The notes under the pieces: model-generated | The model's database searches: none | Seen by the model: the letters and a program-made list of their open reading frames with translations, nothing else | Told to the model about the DNA's origin: nothing | Assembly (NCBI GenBank): GCA_910585215.1 | Contig: CAJUDQ010000008.1 | Span: forward strand, 14,663-78,662 | DNA from: an uncultured Lachnospiraceae bacterium | GTDB lineage: Bacteria; Bacillota; Clostridia; Lachnospirales; Lachnospiraceae | Length of the DNA stretch: 64,000 nucleotides | Direction: 5' to 3' | Position numbers and translations under genes: made by a program | In this document: piece after piece, positions 44,840 through 56,386 of the stretch | Numbering within the stretch: position 1 is the stretch's first letter | Layout of the letters: the number at the start of each line of letters is the position of its first letter

Positions 44840-46306
44840 TTAAAGACGTTTTTCAATTTCATGAATCACAATTTTCAAAGCCTTGATTCTGGCATATTTT
44901 TTATCATTTGATTCCAGAACATGCCATGGCGCAAAGGATGTATTTGTTTTTTGCAGCATTTCATTTACAGCATCTTCATACAAATCCCACTTTTCTCTGT
45001 TACGCCAGTCCTCTTCTGTAATTTTCCACTGTTTTTCCGGTGTATTCTGACGGTCTGTAAAACGTGCAAGCTGTGTTTCATTGTCTATCTGTACCCAGAA
45101 TTTAATAATTACTGCCCCCCAGTCGTACAGTTCCTTTTCAAATTCATTGATTTCATTATAGGCTCTTTGCCAGTCATTTTCACTGCAAAAACCTTCCAGA
45201 CGTTCCACCATAACACGTCCATACCATGTCCGGTCATAAATTGCAACATGCCCTGTTTTTGGCAGACGATTCCAGAAACGCCACAGATAATGGCGTGCTT
45301 TTTCATGAGGTTCGGGACTTGCAATTGGATGCACTTCATATCCCCGTGGGTCCAATGCCCCTGCGATTCTTTTGATATTTCCACCCTTGCCCGCTGCATC
45401 CCAGCCTTCATAGGCAATAATTACCGGCACTTTTTTACGATACAGTTCGTTATGGAGCTCTCTTAATTTCTTTTGATATTTCTGAAGCTGCTTGGAATAT
45501 TCCTCGGCTGACAGCATTTTATCCAAAGAAATATCCGCCAAATCTGCAATTGGATTTATCGGAAACAGATTTTGCAGTATATGAACTGCATGACTGCTAT
45601 TTGTAAGAGCAATATCAATATTTTTTATCAGAGTTTCCAGCATTTGAAGCTCTGCCCATTTTTTATTTTTCGCATCTATAAAATACCATGGTGCAGTACC
45701 CTGATTTGTGTCATCCAGATATTCTTCATAAAGCTCCATACACCCCTTATAATTTCTGTTTTGCCACAAATCATCTTCCCCTACGCGCCATTTTGTATTT
45801 TTATCATTTAAAAGAAGTTCCAGCCGCTTTTTTTGCTCTTTTTCATCAATTTGAAAAAAGAATTTCATTAAAAGATATCCATTATCTGTAAGCTGACGTT
45901 CAAAACGTTTAATGCTCTGAAGTCTTTTCTTATATTCCTGTTCTTTCAATTCGCCCTTCAGATATCCTTTTGTCACCTCGTCCATCCAGCTTCCGTCTAA
46001 AAACATAAATTTACCGGCTTCCGGTATTTTGATAAAATAGCGATACAAAAACGGTTTTCTCAATTCTTCTTCTGTTATCTTGTCCATTACAGCTACTTTA
46101 AAAAAACGGGGGTCCATATTGCGAATTACTTTTCCCAGTACACTTCCTTTTCCTGCTGCATTCCAGCCTTCAAGCACTACCAGTACCGGAAGCTTTCTTT
46201 CTTTGATTTCTATCTGTTTTTTGGCAAGCAGTTCTCTTGCATTGTGCAGGCGTTTTTCAAGCTCCTGTTCTTCCGGACCCTGTATTTTTTTCCAGTCTTT
46301 CAACAT
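44840..46306 (-). CDS. Two-domain polyphosphate kinase 2 (PPK2) family protein
   Basis: 488 aa with two PPK2 repeats (VLEGWNAAGKGS... and AYEGWDAAGKGG...). Confidence 0.8.
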   Translation of the reverse strand: MLKDWKKIQGPEEQELEKRLHNARELLAKKQIEIKERKLPVLVVLEGWNAAGKGSVLGKVIRNMDPRFFKVAVMDKITEEELRKPFLYRYFIKIPEAGKFMFLDGSWMDEVTKGYLKGELKEQEYKKRLQSIKRFERQLTDNGYLLMKFFFQIDEKEQKKRLELLLNDKNTKWRVGEDDLWQNRNYKGCMELYEEYLDDTNQGTAPWYFIDAKNKKWAELQMLETLIKNIDIALTNSSHAVHILQNLFPINPIADLADISLDKMLSAEEYSKQLQKYQKKLRELHNELYRKKVPVIIAYEGWDAAGKGGNIKRIAGALDPRGYEVHPIASPEPHEKARHYLWRFWNRLPKTGHVAIYDRTWYGRVMVERLEGFCSENDWQRAYNEINEFEKELYDWGAVIIKFWVQIDNETQLARFTDRQNTPEKQWKITEEDWRNREKWDLYEDAVNEMLQKTNTSFAPWHVLESNDKKYARIKALKIVIHEIEKRL

Positions 46307-46393
46307 AACAATTTCCTCCTTCTAAAAATATTGTCACAGCAATTAGTCCTTATCTGCTTTTTTGCACAATATCTTTCCCATTTGTGCGTTTTC

Positions 46394-46699
46394 TTATTTA
46401 TCCTCGTAATCCATGCACATGCGCACTTCTGTATACGGGCGGACATAGGTATCTGCCACTTTTACATGCTTTGGATGTATCTGATATCCCTTTAGTGCTT
46501 CCTCATTTTCCAACAGACTGTCAAGCATAACATCTGCATTTGAAGATGCAAGCGGATGTGTGATAACCGTAATACTGACAAGCCCTGGTATTTTGCCGTC
46601 AAGCGCTTCCAAATTTTCCTTGATATTTTTTAATACCTCCTTTTTTTCCTGTTCTGATAAACCTTCTTTTAATTTCCACAAAATCACATGATGAACCAT
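46394..46699 (-). CDS. Dabb (stress-responsive alpha/beta barrel) family protein
   Basis: 101 aa. MVHHVILWKLKEG...ALDGKIPGL.... Confidence 0.7.
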   Translation of the reverse strand: MVHHVILWKLKEGLSEQEKKEVLKNIKENLEALDGKIPGLVSITVITHPLASSNADVMLDSLLENEEALKGYQIHPKHVKVADTYVRPYTEVRMCMDYEDK

Positions 46700-47019
46700 A
46701 CTATATGCCTCCTTATATTTATATTATATTTATTATAAAGCCTGTTGGAAAAAAATACAATAATAAATAGTGGAAGATAGCAGATAAAAGATAATTGCAA
46801 AGATAAATATCAGAAGATAAATATCAAAAATAGCGGATAAAAGCAATTATAAAAACAAAATTGCAATTCTTCTTTCTTTCTATTATAATAAAGTTTATGC
46901 AATCAAAACATACAATACTGCAATCAAAACAAGAAAGGATTTTTACGCAGAATATTCAATCCGATTTGAATAACTGTCCATTTCCTGACAAAAATCAGAA
47001 AACTACAGAGGATTTTATT

Positions 47020-48528
47020 ATGGATTTATTTACTTTACCACCAGATTTTGTGAAAAAAATGCAGGCACTTCTTTTATCAGAATGGGAAGAATTTGAAAAC
47101 TGCTACCAAAACAACAAGTATCAAGCTTTACGTTTTAATCCCCTAAAACATGGTTTATACAGACAGGATTACGAACAGCTTCTCTCTGATTTGGGGATTC
47201 AAAAAACAGAGCCTGTCTTGTGGGCCAAGCATGCCTATTATTATCCGGAGGAAGCCAGACCAGGCAGACATCCCTATCATGAAATGGGATTGTATTATAT
47301 TCAGGAACCAAGCGCCATGTGTGCAGCAGAACTTCTGGCTCCATTGCCTGGTGAACGGGTGCTGGATTTGTGTGCAGCTCCCGGAGGAAAATCTACACAG
47401 CTTGCCTCTTTTTTAAATCAGAAGGGACTTTTTGTCTGCAATGAAATCCATCCAACACGATGCAAAATTTTATCCCAGAATATTGAACGGTCAGGAATCG
47501 CCAATGCCATTGTTACAAATGAAGACAGTGAAACACTGGCCAAGCGTTTTCCTGAATATTTTCATAAAATTCTTGTGGATGCACCATGCAGCGGGGAAGG
47601 AATGTTTCGAAAAAATCCTGAAGCTGCCTTGGAGTGGAGTGAAAAACAGGTAGAAATTTGCGCAAAACGTCAATTTGACATTCTTGAAAATGCTGCAAAA
47701 ATGCTGATATCGGGTGGAACTATGGTTTATTCGACATGTACATTTTCTCCTGAAGAAAATGAAGGGATTATCGGACGTTTTTTAGAAACTCATCCGGAAT
47801 TTTCCATTACTCACAGGGAAATTCCTTATTTCTCCCACGGCTGCCCTGATTGGGGAAATGATATGAAAGAGCTGTCCCATACTTTTCGCCTGTGGCCACA
47901 TCGTCTTCATGGAGAGGGTCACTTTGTCGCACTTCTGCAAAAAAACGAAAGAGCATCTGACGAAGACAGTTTGGAGAAAAATTTTATTAAAGACCATAAA
48001 AAAAAGAAGAACAACAAAAATATTTTCCAAACAGAAAAAAAGTTATTTGAAGAGTTAAAAAGATTTACTTCTCAAACATTATCAAAACAAATGGAAGATT
48101 TCGTTTTATCTGGAGATTTTGTATTATTTGGAGAACAGCTTTACCGATTGCCTGATGAGTCTCCTGACCTTTCCGGTCTTCGTGTACTTCGACCGGGACT
48201 TCATATTGGAAGCTTTACAAAAAATATTTTTAAACCAGCACATGCTCTGGCATTGTTTTTAGGGAGTGAACATGTAAAAAATAATGTATTTCTCTCTTTG
48301 TCGGATGTGCAGACAGAAATGTATTTCAAAGGAGAAGCCTTTGATTGTGAGTCACTCCCTATAAATGCAAACAAAGGATGGTGTCTTGTCTGCATCAATG
48401 GTTATTCAGCAGGGTGGGGAAAACTCTCCGCGGGAACCATAAAAAACCATTATCCCAAAGGGCTTCGAAAGGATTTGCTTATCAGTTCTGCACCATTTTC
48501 TTTCAGCCATTCTTCCCAGACTTTATAA
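47020..48528 (+). CDS. RsmB/RsmF (NOL1/NOP2/Sun) family RNA m5C methyltransferase
   Basis: The ORF track starts at 46861. ATG 47020 (MDLFTLPPDF) has AGAGGA upstream. Motifs: LDLCAAPGGKSTQLA, VDAPCSGEGMFRKNP and STCTFSPEENE. Confidence 0.8.
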   Translation: MDLFTLPPDFVKKMQALLLSEWEEFENCYQNNKYQALRFNPLKHGLYRQDYEQLLSDLGIQKTEPVLWAKHAYYYPEEARPGRHPYHEMGLYYIQEPSAMCAAELLAPLPGERVLDLCAAPGGKSTQLASFLNQKGLFVCNEIHPTRCKILSQNIERSGIANAIVTNEDSETLAKRFPEYFHKILVDAPCSGEGMFRKNPEAALEWSEKQVEICAKRQFDILENAAKMLISGGTMVYSTCTFSPEENEGIIGRFLETHPEFSITHREIPYFSHGCPDWGNDMKELSHTFRLWPHRLHGEGHFVALLQKNERASDEDSLEKNFIKDHKKKKNNKNIFQTEKKLFEELKRFTSQTLSKQMEDFVLSGDFVLFGEQLYRLPDESPDLSGLRVLRPGLHIGSFTKNIFKPAHALALFLGSEHVKNNVFLSLSDVQTEMYFKGEAFDCESLPINANKGWCLVCINGYSAGWGKLSAGTIKNHYPKGLRKDLLISSAPFSFSHSSQTL

Positions 48529-49013
48529 TCTGGAAGAGCCTTTTCCACCTCATGCCAAAACTGCTTGGAATGATTCATTTGTCTGCGGTGACACAGTTCA
48601 TGTACAATCACATAATCCAGCACTTTGGGAGGAGCAAGCATAAGCAGACAGTTAAAATTCAGATTTCCTCTGTCGCTGCAGCTTCCCCAAAGTGTCTTTT
48701 GATTTTTTATAGTAATACGTCCATAGGTAATATGCAGTTTTTCGGCAAAATATTTTACTCTTTTTGGTATTATCTGGCGTGCCTGTTCAGCTAAAACTTT
48801 TATCTGCTCCGCGGTAAGCTTTTGGTTTGGAGCTGCATGATTTGGCTGTTTTTCCTGCTGTTTTTTTATATGTTTTTCTATCCAGTCCGATTTGTGTTCC
48901 ACCAGTTTTTTTATTTCAGACAGAGGCAGACTATATGGAGCCCGCACAATTATTCGGGCATCTTTTGTCACCTCAATAGAAAGGGTTTTTCTGTTACTGC
49001 GTTTTATTTCCAT
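48450..49013 (-). CDS. YgjP-like (DUF45/M48-related) metal-dependent hydrolase
   Basis: 187 aa. HELCHRRQMNHSKQFW (HExxH). Confidence 0.75.
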   Translation of the reverse strand: MEIKRSNRKTLSIEVTKDARIIVRAPYSLPLSEIKKLVEHKSDWIEKHIKKQQEKQPNHAAPNQKLTAEQIKVLAEQARQIIPKRVKYFAEKLHITYGRITIKNQKTLWGSCSDRGNLNFNCLLMLAPPKVLDYVIVHELCHRRQMNHSKQFWHEVEKALPDYKVWEEWLKENGAELISKSFRSPLG

Positions 49014-49191
49014 CCTATTCTCTCCTGTTTATTATCTGAATTTTTTGCTGTTTTTGACCCGATTTTATATTTTGTGAGAAATACTCACCTGTACCTTTAT
49101 AGTATCAATTGTTTTCCTTTCAGATATTTCTGTCATTCCAAAAGATGCTGTGGCATATATTATAAAAGATTTTTAAATAACGAGGAAGGCC

Positions 49192-49767
49192 ATGCAGATA
49201 AACTTTCACTTAAACAATGCGGCAAAGGATTATTTTACCCGCTTTTACTGTATTTTAGATGAAATGATTCAGGGAATGACTGAAGTCGAATTGAACGGCA
49301 GTATTTCTCATAATTTTATTGTACAGATGATTCCACATCATAAGGCAGCAATTGAACTGTCAAAAAATATTTTAAACTATACTTCATTTCAACCCTTGAA
49401 AAATATTGCTTCCCAGATTGTAGCTGAACAGACACAAAGCATTGAACATATGAAAAATATCCTGTGTGAATGTGAAAATCTGATAAATTCAGACCAGGAT
49501 TTATTTCTTTATCAGCGCCGAATTGACCAGATTATGCAGACAATGTTTTCTTCTATGGGATTGTCTCCTTATTCAAATAATTTGAATATCAGCTTTATCA
49601 AAGAAATGATTCCCCACCATGAAGGTGCTGTGAAAATGTCGGAAACTGCTTTGCTATTTTGTACCTGTAAGGAGCTGATACCAATTCTGCAGTCGATTAT
49701 TACTTCACAAAAACGGGGGATTTTGCAGATGCAGCAGCTTTTGAAATGCTCCTGTCGAAATCAGTAA
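49192..49767 (+). CDS. DUF305 domain protein
   Basis: 191 aa with a duplicated MIPHH(K/E)(A/G)A motif. Confidence 0.7.
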   Translation: MQINFHLNNAAKDYFTRFYCILDEMIQGMTEVELNGSISHNFIVQMIPHHKAAIELSKNILNYTSFQPLKNIASQIVAEQTQSIEHMKNILCECENLINSDQDLFLYQRRIDQIMQTMFSSMGLSPYSNNLNISFIKEMIPHHEGAVKMSETALLFCTCKELIPILQSIITSQKRGILQMQQLLKCSCRNQ

Positions 49768-49911
49768 AAAATCTGCACAATTTTCAGATACATAGTATTT
49801 CGTATAAATCATGCAGTCATTACAGACAATATTGCTGATACTGTTTTCTGTAAAAACAGAGCCTGAAAATTCTTATATGGCTCTGTTTTTATTCTGTTTA
49901 TGGCAATCAAT

Positions 49912-50598
49912 TTATTTTTTCATATTTTTCAGCATTTTTTTATCCTCTTCACTCACGCGACAGGATTCCTGTATCTTCTGAATCGCTTTATTATATGTAA
50001 ATCTGTCTATCTCACAGTTTTGCAGAAATGCAAGTGTTTTATCCCGAAATTTTACAAAACAGACAGACAATCCCCATGCCACCGCCATTTTTACATAATA
50101 TGCATCCACGCATATCTTTCCATACCAGTCGAGTACTGTATCAATATACTCCTCTGTAATATAATACTGCATAAGCACTACTACTGCAAATCTTACCTCA
50201 TATTCCCTGTCTGACAGAAAATAAGGCTGTAAAAATTCATACATTTTTTTCCGATTCTTTTTTATATCCTTCAAATCCCCGCATACTACATCACAGACCG
50301 CCCAGTTGTCAATTTGGGGAATAAATTTTCTGACATATCCAAGCTTTTCTTCAAACTCACAGTCTGCTTTTGCCAGAACCATGCCATACAGCATAATGAT
50401 CTCATAAATAGTACTGTTTTCATACTCTTTCAAAAACTCCCTCCATTCTTCCTTTGTAATTCTTTTCGCCACCGCCCGAAGCTTTGGAACACGCACCCCG
50501 AGAAACTCTGTCTTTACTCCGGGAATCAGGCCGCCGTGAAACTTCTTGTATTCTTCATCGGCAAGACCTCTGATTTCCTCCAATATCATTTTATACAT
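49912..50598 (-). CDS. DNA alkylation repair protein (AlkD-like HEAT-repeat family)
   Basis: The ORF track starts at 50649. ATG 50598 (MYKMILEEIRGLADEEYKKFHGGLIPG...) has GGAGG upstream. Confidence 0.7.
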   Translation of the reverse strand: MYKMILEEIRGLADEEYKKFHGGLIPGVKTEFLGVRVPKLRAVAKRITKEEWREFLKEYENSTIYEIIMLYGMVLAKADCEFEEKLGYVRKFIPQIDNWAVCDVVCGDLKDIKKNRKKMYEFLQPYFLSDREYEVRFAVVVLMQYYITEEYIDTVLDWYGKICVDAYYVKMAVAWGLSVCFVKFRDKTLAFLQNCEIDRFTYNKAIQKIQESCRVSEEDKKMLKNMKK

Positions 50599-50791
50599 AA
50601 AAACCTCCAAAAACAAAAAGGCACGACAACGAAACTTTACTTCATTCAAATTCCATTGCCGCGTAACCCCTTATCTATCAAAATTCTGATTACTTACATT
50701 ATAAAATTTATTTATTTTGAGATAACAAAATATCCTTCTACTTATAAGTACGATTTTCTGTCAAAAGTGTTGCAGAAAAAATATAAATTTT

Positions 50792-53700
50792 TTATAAATT
50801 TCCTCTTTTTTCCACTTTAGCAATATCAATCAACTCCAGATTCTCTATCTTTGCGCTCTCAAGACTGGTCAGCAGTGCATTTACCGTATCCAGCGAGGTA
50901 AAACAGTTCACTCCTGTCTCAATCGCATAACGCCTGATTAAAAATCCGTCTCTGGTCTTGTCTCTGCCCTGTGTCGGAGTATCTACCACAATATCTATCT
51001 TGTGCTCCAGAATCAAATCAATTACAGTAGGTGCTTCCTGTGAAAGCTTGTTTACCTTAATCGCATGAACTCCGTTTTCATTCAACACCTTTGCAGTGCT
51101 TCTTGTCGCATAGACCTCATAGCCAAGCTTTTCAAAACGTCTTCCAATAGATATTGCATCCTTCTTATCTGCATCATTTACCGTAATAATCATCTTTTTG
51201 TGCTTTGGAAGATTTACTCCTGCACCAAGAAACGCTTTATACAATGCTTCTTCAAAGGTAGCCGCAATACCAAGACATTCTCCTGTAGATTTCATTTCAG
51301 GTCCAAGACTGATTTCTGCTCCACGCAATTTTTCAAAGGAAAATACCGGCATCTTGATTGCGATATAATCTCCGTTTTTCTGCAAGCCAGGTTCATACCC
51401 CATGCCTCTGATTGTTTCACCGATAATTACTCTGGTTGCAAGCTTTACAATCGGAATACCTGTTACCTTGCTGATATATGGAACTGTACGGCTTGAACGA
51501 GGATTTACCTCAATCACATACACTTCATTCTGATATACAATAAACTGAATATTAATCATACCTCTGACATGAAGCGCCCTTGCCAGTCTTTTTGTATATT
51601 CCTCAATCTTGTCAACAATTTCCTGTGAGATAGACTGTGCCGGATAAACGGAAATACTGTCACCGGAATGAACGCCTGCTCTTTCGATATGTTCCATAAT
51701 ACCCGGAATCAGAATATCTTCTCCATCGCATACCGCATCTACCTCGATTTCTTTACCCATTAGATACTTGTCTACCAGAATCGGGTGGTCCTGTGCAATC
51801 CGGTTAATAATTTCCATAAACTCTTCTATTTCCTGGTCACAGGTCGCTATCTGCATGCCCTGTCCGCCAAGCACATAGGAAGGTCTGACAAGCACTGGAT
51901 AACCAAGCTCATTTGCCACCTTCTTCGCCTCTTCTGCCGTAAACACCGTACCTCCTGCTGCCCGCGGAATTTCGGTTTTCTGCAGAATTTCATCAAATAA
52001 CTCTCTGTCCTCCGCGGCATCCACATCTTCTGCCTTTGTACCAAGAATCGGCACGCCCATTTTCATAAGCGCTTCTGTCAGCTTAATCGCCGTCTGTCCA
52101 CCAAACTGCACAACGGCTCCGTCAGGCTTTTCTATATTTACAATATTTTCCACATCCTCCGGTGTCAGAGGTTCAAAATAAAGCTTGTCCGCAATATCAA
52201 AATCCGTGCTGACGGTTTCAGGATTATTATTAACAATAATAGTCTCATATCCCGCCGCCTTAAAGGCCCATGTACTGTGAACACTGCAATAGTCAAATTC
52301 AATTCCCTGACCTATTCGAATCGGGCCTGAACCAAGCACTAATACTTTCTTTTCCGGTTTTGTTTCAATCGCTTCATTGTCTGTGCAGTAAGCAGAATAA
52401 TAATACGGCGTTGTCGCCTCAAACTCCGCTGCGCAGGTATCAACCATTTTAAAGCCCGCAGTAATGCCATATTCCATACGAAGCGCCTTGATTTCCTCTG
52501 TATTCTTTTCTGTCAGCTTCGCAATCACCGTATCAGGAAATTCAATTCTTTTTGCCTCATAAAGAAGCTCCCTTGTCAATATAGTTTCCCTTGAGATATT
52601 TTCTCCTGAGGCAATTTCCTTTAATGCCTTCTCCATTTCTACAAGAATGGCTATTTTATCTATAAACCAGAGGTCAATCAGAGTAATTTCATGAATCTTT
52701 TGCTGACGGATGCCCCGTCTTAACGCTTCGGCAATCACCCAGATTCTCCGGTCATCCACTACATGAAGCTGTTCTTCCAGCTGCTCATTGTCAAGGCCTG
52801 TAAAATCATAATCCATTAGGCTTTCTACATGCTGCTCAAGAGAACGGATAGCTTTCATAAGTGCGCCCTCAAAATTGGTGCAGATACTCATTACTTCACC
52901 AGTAGCCTTCATCTGCGTAGTAAGAGTTCTCTTCGCAGTAAGAAATTTATCAAACGGAAGACGCGGAATTTTAACCACACAGTAATCAAGTGCAGGCTCA
53001 AAGCTTGCATAGGTCTTTCCGGTAATCGCATTTTTTATTTCATCTAATGTATATCCGACAGCAATCTTTGCTGCAACTTTTGCAATTGGATATCCGGTGG
53101 CTTTGGAGGCAAGCGCTGAAGAACGGCTGACACGTGGATTTACTTCTATTACGCAATATTCAAAGCTGTCCGGTTTCAGGGCATACTGAACGTTACAGCC
53201 ACCTGTTATTTTTAACTCATTAATAATATTCAATGCAGAGGTACGAAGCATCTGATATTCCTTATCGCCCAATGTCTGAGAAGGCGCCACAACAATAGAA
53301 TCACCTGTATGTACGCCCACAGGGTCAATATTTTCCATATTGCAGACGGTAATACAATTTCCGGCGCCGTCACGCATAACTTCATATTCAATTTCCTTCC
53401 AGCCTGCAATGCAACGTTCTACAAGCACCTGTCCCACACGGGAAAGACGCAGCCCGTTTTCAAGAATATCAGTTAATTCCTGAAGATTGTGAGCGATTCC
53501 GCCGCCGCTTCCACCCAGTGTATAGGCTGGTCTTAAAACAACGGGATAACCGATTTTATTTGTAAAGGCAATTCCGTCCTCCACATTCTCCACCACAAGA
53601 GAAGGGGCAACCGGCTCGCCGATTTTTTCCATTGTATTTTTAAATTCCAGACGGTCTTCTGCACGCTTAATTGTTTCTGCCGTAGTACCGATTAATCTCA

Positions 53701-54037
53701 CCCCATGTTTGCTAAGAAAACCTGATTCAGCAAGCTCCATGCCAAGATTCAGTCCGGCCTGACCTCCCAGTGTCGGAAGAACACTGTCCGGCTTTTCCTT
53801 TAATATCAGCTTTTCCAGAACTTTAGCTGTAAGTGGTTCAATATATACCTTATCCGCAATATCTCCGTCAGTCATAATGGTAGCAGGATTTGAATTGACA
53901 AGGACTACCTCAATTCCCTCTTCCTTCAAAGAACGGCATGCCTGTGTACCGGCATAGTCAAACTCGGCCGCCTGCCCAATTACAATAGGACCAGAACCGA
54001 TTACTAATACTTTTTTTATACGATTATCCTTTGGCAT
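50792..54037 (-). CDS. carB: Carbamoyl-phosphate synthase large subunit
   Basis: ATG 54037 ([33 protein letters not shown]...) lies 2 nt after the carA stop. The 25 upstream codons in the ORF track overlap carA and are rejected. Confidence 0.95.
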   Translation of the reverse strand: MPKDNRIKKVLVIGSGPIVIGQAAEFDYAGTQACRSLKEEGIEVVLVNSNPATIMTDGDIADKVYIEPLTAKVLEKLILKEKPDSVLPTLGGQAGLNLGMELAESGFLSKHGVRLIGTTAETIKRAEDRLEFKNTMEKIGEPVAPSLVVENVEDGIAFTNKIGYPVVLRPAYTLGGSGGGIAHNLQELTDILENGLRLSRVGQVLVERCIAGWKEIEYEVMRDGAGNCITVCNMENIDPVGVHTGDSIVVAPSQTLGDKEYQMLRTSALNIINELKITGGCNVQYALKPDSFEYCVIEVNPRVSRSSALASKATGYPIAKVAAKIAVGYTLDEIKNAITGKTYASFEPALDYCVVKIPRLPFDKFLTAKRTLTTQMKATGEVMSICTNFEGALMKAIRSLEQHVESLMDYDFTGLDNEQLEEQLHVVDDRRIWVIAEALRRGIRQQKIHEITLIDLWFIDKIAILVEMEKALKEIASGENISRETILTRELLYEAKRIEFPDTVIAKLTEKNTEEIKALRMEYGITAGFKMVDTCAAEFEATTPYYYSAYCTDNEAIETKPEKKVLVLGSGPIRIGQGIEFDYCSVHSTWAFKAAGYETIIVNNNPETVSTDFDIADKLYFEPLTPEDVENIVNIEKPDGAVVQFGGQTAIKLTEALMKMGVPILGTKAEDVDAAEDRELFDEILQKTEIPRAAGGTVFTAEEAKKVANELGYPVLVRPSYVLGGQGMQIATCDQEIEEFMEIINRIAQDHPILVDKYLMGKEIEVDAVCDGEDILIPGIMEHIERAGVHSGDSISVYPAQSISQEIVDKIEEYTKRLARALHVRGMINIQFIVYQNEVYVIEVNPRSSRTVPYISKVTGIPIVKLATRVIIGETIRGMGYEPGLQKNGDYIAIKMPVFSFEKLRGAEISLGPEMKSTGECLGIAATFEEALYKAFLGAGVNLPKHKKMIITVNDADKKDAISIGRRFEKLGYEVYATRSTAKVLNENGVHAIKVNKLSQEAPTVIDLILEHKIDIVVDTPTQGRDKTRDGFLIRRYAIETGVNCFTSLDTVNALLTSLESAKIENLELIDIAKVEKRGNL

Positions 54038-54039
54038 CC

Positions 54040-55116
54040 TTAATTCCTCCTGCTTTCCATCATATTGATAAATTCCTGAAACAGCACATTCGAATCCTGT
54101 GGTCCCGGACATGCTTCAGGGTGAAACTGTACTGTAAAGATGTCTTTGTTCTTATATCTTAAACCTTCTACGGTCTTGTCATTTACATTGATAAATCCTA
54201 CTTCCGCTATATCGGGATTGATAGTTGTTTCATCTACAACATATCCATGATTTTGTGATGAAATATATACCCTTCCGCTTACCAAATCCTTTACAGGATG
54301 ATTTGCGCCTCTGTGGCCATATTTCATCTTGTGGGTGTCTGCACCTGTAGCCAGAGCCATAAGCTGGTGGCCAAGGCAAATGGCAAAAATCGGGACATTG
54401 CTTTTATATAATTTCTTTAATTCTTCTATAATAGAAACACATTCTTTCGGGTCGCCCGGACCATTTGAGAGCATAATGCCGTCAGGGCTTGCTTCAAGAA
54501 TCTGTTCTGCCGATGTAAATGCTGGATAAACGGTTACATCACAGCCTCTGTTATTTAAAGATTTTGCTATATTATTTTTGGCGCCAAAATCCATCAGGGC
54601 AACTTTAAATCCATCGCCCTTTAAATGAGAAATTTCTGTGCAGGTCGAACGCTTTACCGCATCTTTAACTGTATACTCTTTTAATTTTGGCAGAATTTCA
54701 TCAAGACTGTAGTCCTGATTGGTTGTAATCATACCATTCATGGTTCCTTTTTCCCTTAAAATCTTGGTCAGACTTCTTGTATCAATGCCTGCGATTCCCG
54801 GAATATCATTTTTTTCGAGGAAGTCCTGTATGGTTCCTTCACTTCTGAAATTACTCGGAATACGCGACAGTTCTCTTACAATATATCCATCCGGCCATGG
54901 TCTTATCGATTCCATATCCTGATAGGATATGCCATAGTTTCCAATCAGCGGATAGGTCATGCAGACTGCCTGTCCGGTGTAGGATGGGTCGGTAAGCACT
55001 TCCAGATATCCTGTCATGGATGTATTAAATACGATTTCACTGATAATTTCTTTTTTTGCTCCGATAGATACTCCTTCAAATATGTGTCCGTCTTCTAATA
55101 TCAGAAAAGCTTTCAT
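54040..55116 (-). CDS. carA: Carbamoyl-phosphate synthase small (glutaminase) subunit
   Basis: 358 aa. [15 protein letters not shown]...FAICLGHQL...GHRGANHPV... Confidence 0.95.
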   Translation of the reverse strand: MKAFLILEDGHIFEGVSIGAKKEIISEIVFNTSMTGYLEVLTDPSYTGQAVCMTYPLIGNYGISYQDMESIRPWPDGYIVRELSRIPSNFRSEGTIQDFLEKNDIPGIAGIDTRSLTKILREKGTMNGMITTNQDYSLDEILPKLKEYTVKDAVKRSTCTEISHLKGDGFKVALMDFGAKNNIAKSLNNRGCDVTVYPAFTSAEQILEASPDGIMLSNGPGDPKECVSIIEELKKLYKSNVPIFAICLGHQLMALATGADTHKMKYGHRGANHPVKDLVSGRVYISSQNHGYVVDETTINPDIAEVGFINVNDKTVEGLRYKNKDIFTVQFHPEACPGPQDSNVLFQEFINMMESRRN

Positions 55117-55196
55117 ATCTTCCTCCGTGTTTATGCTTTGTATTGGATGCTTTTAAGCTTTTTCCACCAATGTCGAAATAAGCTCAAATTGTATAG

Positions 55197-55225
55197 ATTA
55201 TACATGATATCATAGGTTTTTTCAA
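55197..55225 (-). promoter_or_regulatory. Sigma70-like promoter for carAB (TTGAAA-17-TATAAT)
   Basis: Minus strand reads TTGAAAaaacctatgatatcatgTATAAT. The -10 lies inside the palindrome TGTATAGATTATACA (55190-55204). Confidence 0.5.
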
Positions 55226-55240
55226 CCTTTTTTGCAAAGA

Positions 55241-56134
55241 TTATTTCTCTAAAATCATTAAGCAACTGTCCAGCCTTGCATTCACATAACCTGCAAACAG
55301 CTTTTCCATTGCACCAAGATTATGCTTTACGTGGTATTCATCAAATGCATTGTAATACGAAATCCGGTCTGCAAACTTAATGTCAATTGGCGGATATCCT
55401 GCTTTCATCAATTCTAAATTTACAAGCAGTCTTCCGGTTCTGCCGTTTCCATCTATAAAAGGATGAATCCCCTCAAATTCAATATGAAACCATGCAAGCC
55501 GAGGAATAATATGATCTGTACTATTCCTATAAGCTTCCAACAACTGTTCCATTTTAGGCTGGATCAAATAGGGCTGTACTGGTTCATGTTTCGCACCCAT
55601 GATCCGGACGGGAACTCTTCTGTAAATACCCCGATCCTCCCGTTTATCTGCTAATACAAGATAGTGTATCTGCTTGATGATACTCTCTGATAAGGGTATC
55701 TGTTCTTTTACCAAATCCCGCACAAAATCAAATGCCTCTTTATGCCCGACTGCTTCCATATGATCCTTCAACGGCTTTCTGTCAATCGTCAGGCCACGCA
55801 AAACCATATCCGTTTCACGCAAGGTTAGAGTATTTCCTTCAATTGCATTGGAATTATAAGTATACTCAATAATAAATTCCTCAGTCAAACGTTCCAGTTC
55901 ACCCTCAGTCAGCGGGCGTCTGGTATCCAGTTCCTTTTTCTTTCCGTCTATAGATGTCAATAAATTTTCTGTTGTTTTAAAACGTCCATCCTCTGGTTTT
56001 CTTGCGTCTGTTGGAATCATCCAACTGCGTCCTTCACGGGTAACGCCTGAAACCTTACCTTGCGCACATAAAATACGCACACGCCTGTCAGAAATTCCCC
56101 ATTTCTCTGCAGCCTGTTTTACTGTCATATACAT
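55241..56134 (-). CDS. Fic-family protein with an N-terminal HTH
   Basis: 297 aa. Fic motif: HPFIDGNGRTGR. N-terminus: TVKQAAEKWGISDRRVRILCAQGKV. Confidence 0.85.
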   Translation of the reverse strand: MYMTVKQAAEKWGISDRRVRILCAQGKVSGVTREGRSWMIPTDARKPEDGRFKTTENLLTSIDGKKKELDTRRPLTEGELERLTEEFIIEYTYNSNAIEGNTLTLRETDMVLRGLTIDRKPLKDHMEAVGHKEAFDFVRDLVKEQIPLSESIIKQIHYLVLADKREDRGIYRRVPVRIMGAKHEPVQPYLIQPKMEQLLEAYRNSTDHIIPRLAWFHIEFEGIHPFIDGNGRTGRLLVNLELMKAGYPPIDIKFADRISYYNAFDEYHVKHNLGAMEKLFAGYVNARLDSCLMILEK

Positions 56135-56386
56135 AAAAAGAACACCTCGCTTTCCAAAACATTATATCTTATTTTCGGAATAATATCAATTTAAAAGGAA
56201 TAATATTTTTTGTTTCTCGGAATAAAAAGGTTCCATTAAAAAATGCACCCAAAGTCATGCTGATATGTGCACTGTATCATTTAGAAACGTGCGCTGCAAG
56301 GCGTAAAAAGAAAGCACATTATTTCCATATGCGGATATAATGCGCTTTCTTTATTATTCAAATAATCAAGGTTTCCAATCATAAAA

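Noticed and set aside
46770-46845. Repeated GATAAA motifs in the Dabb/rsmF intergenic region
   Set aside because: The four or five copies have irregular spacing (19, 14, 20 nt) in very AT-rich DNA. This is compatible with chance.
46861-47019. 53-codon N-terminal extension of the RsmF-like ORF (MQFFFLSIIIKF...)
   Set aside because: It is AT-rich promoter-like sequence. The conserved protein starts at MDLFTLPPDF, which has an RBS.
48450-48528. 79-nt convergent overlap of the RsmF-like and YgjP-like coding regions
   Set aside because: The RsmF-like tail after ...KNHYPKGLRK is probably a non-conserved read-on to the next stop. It is not evidence of a functional overlap.
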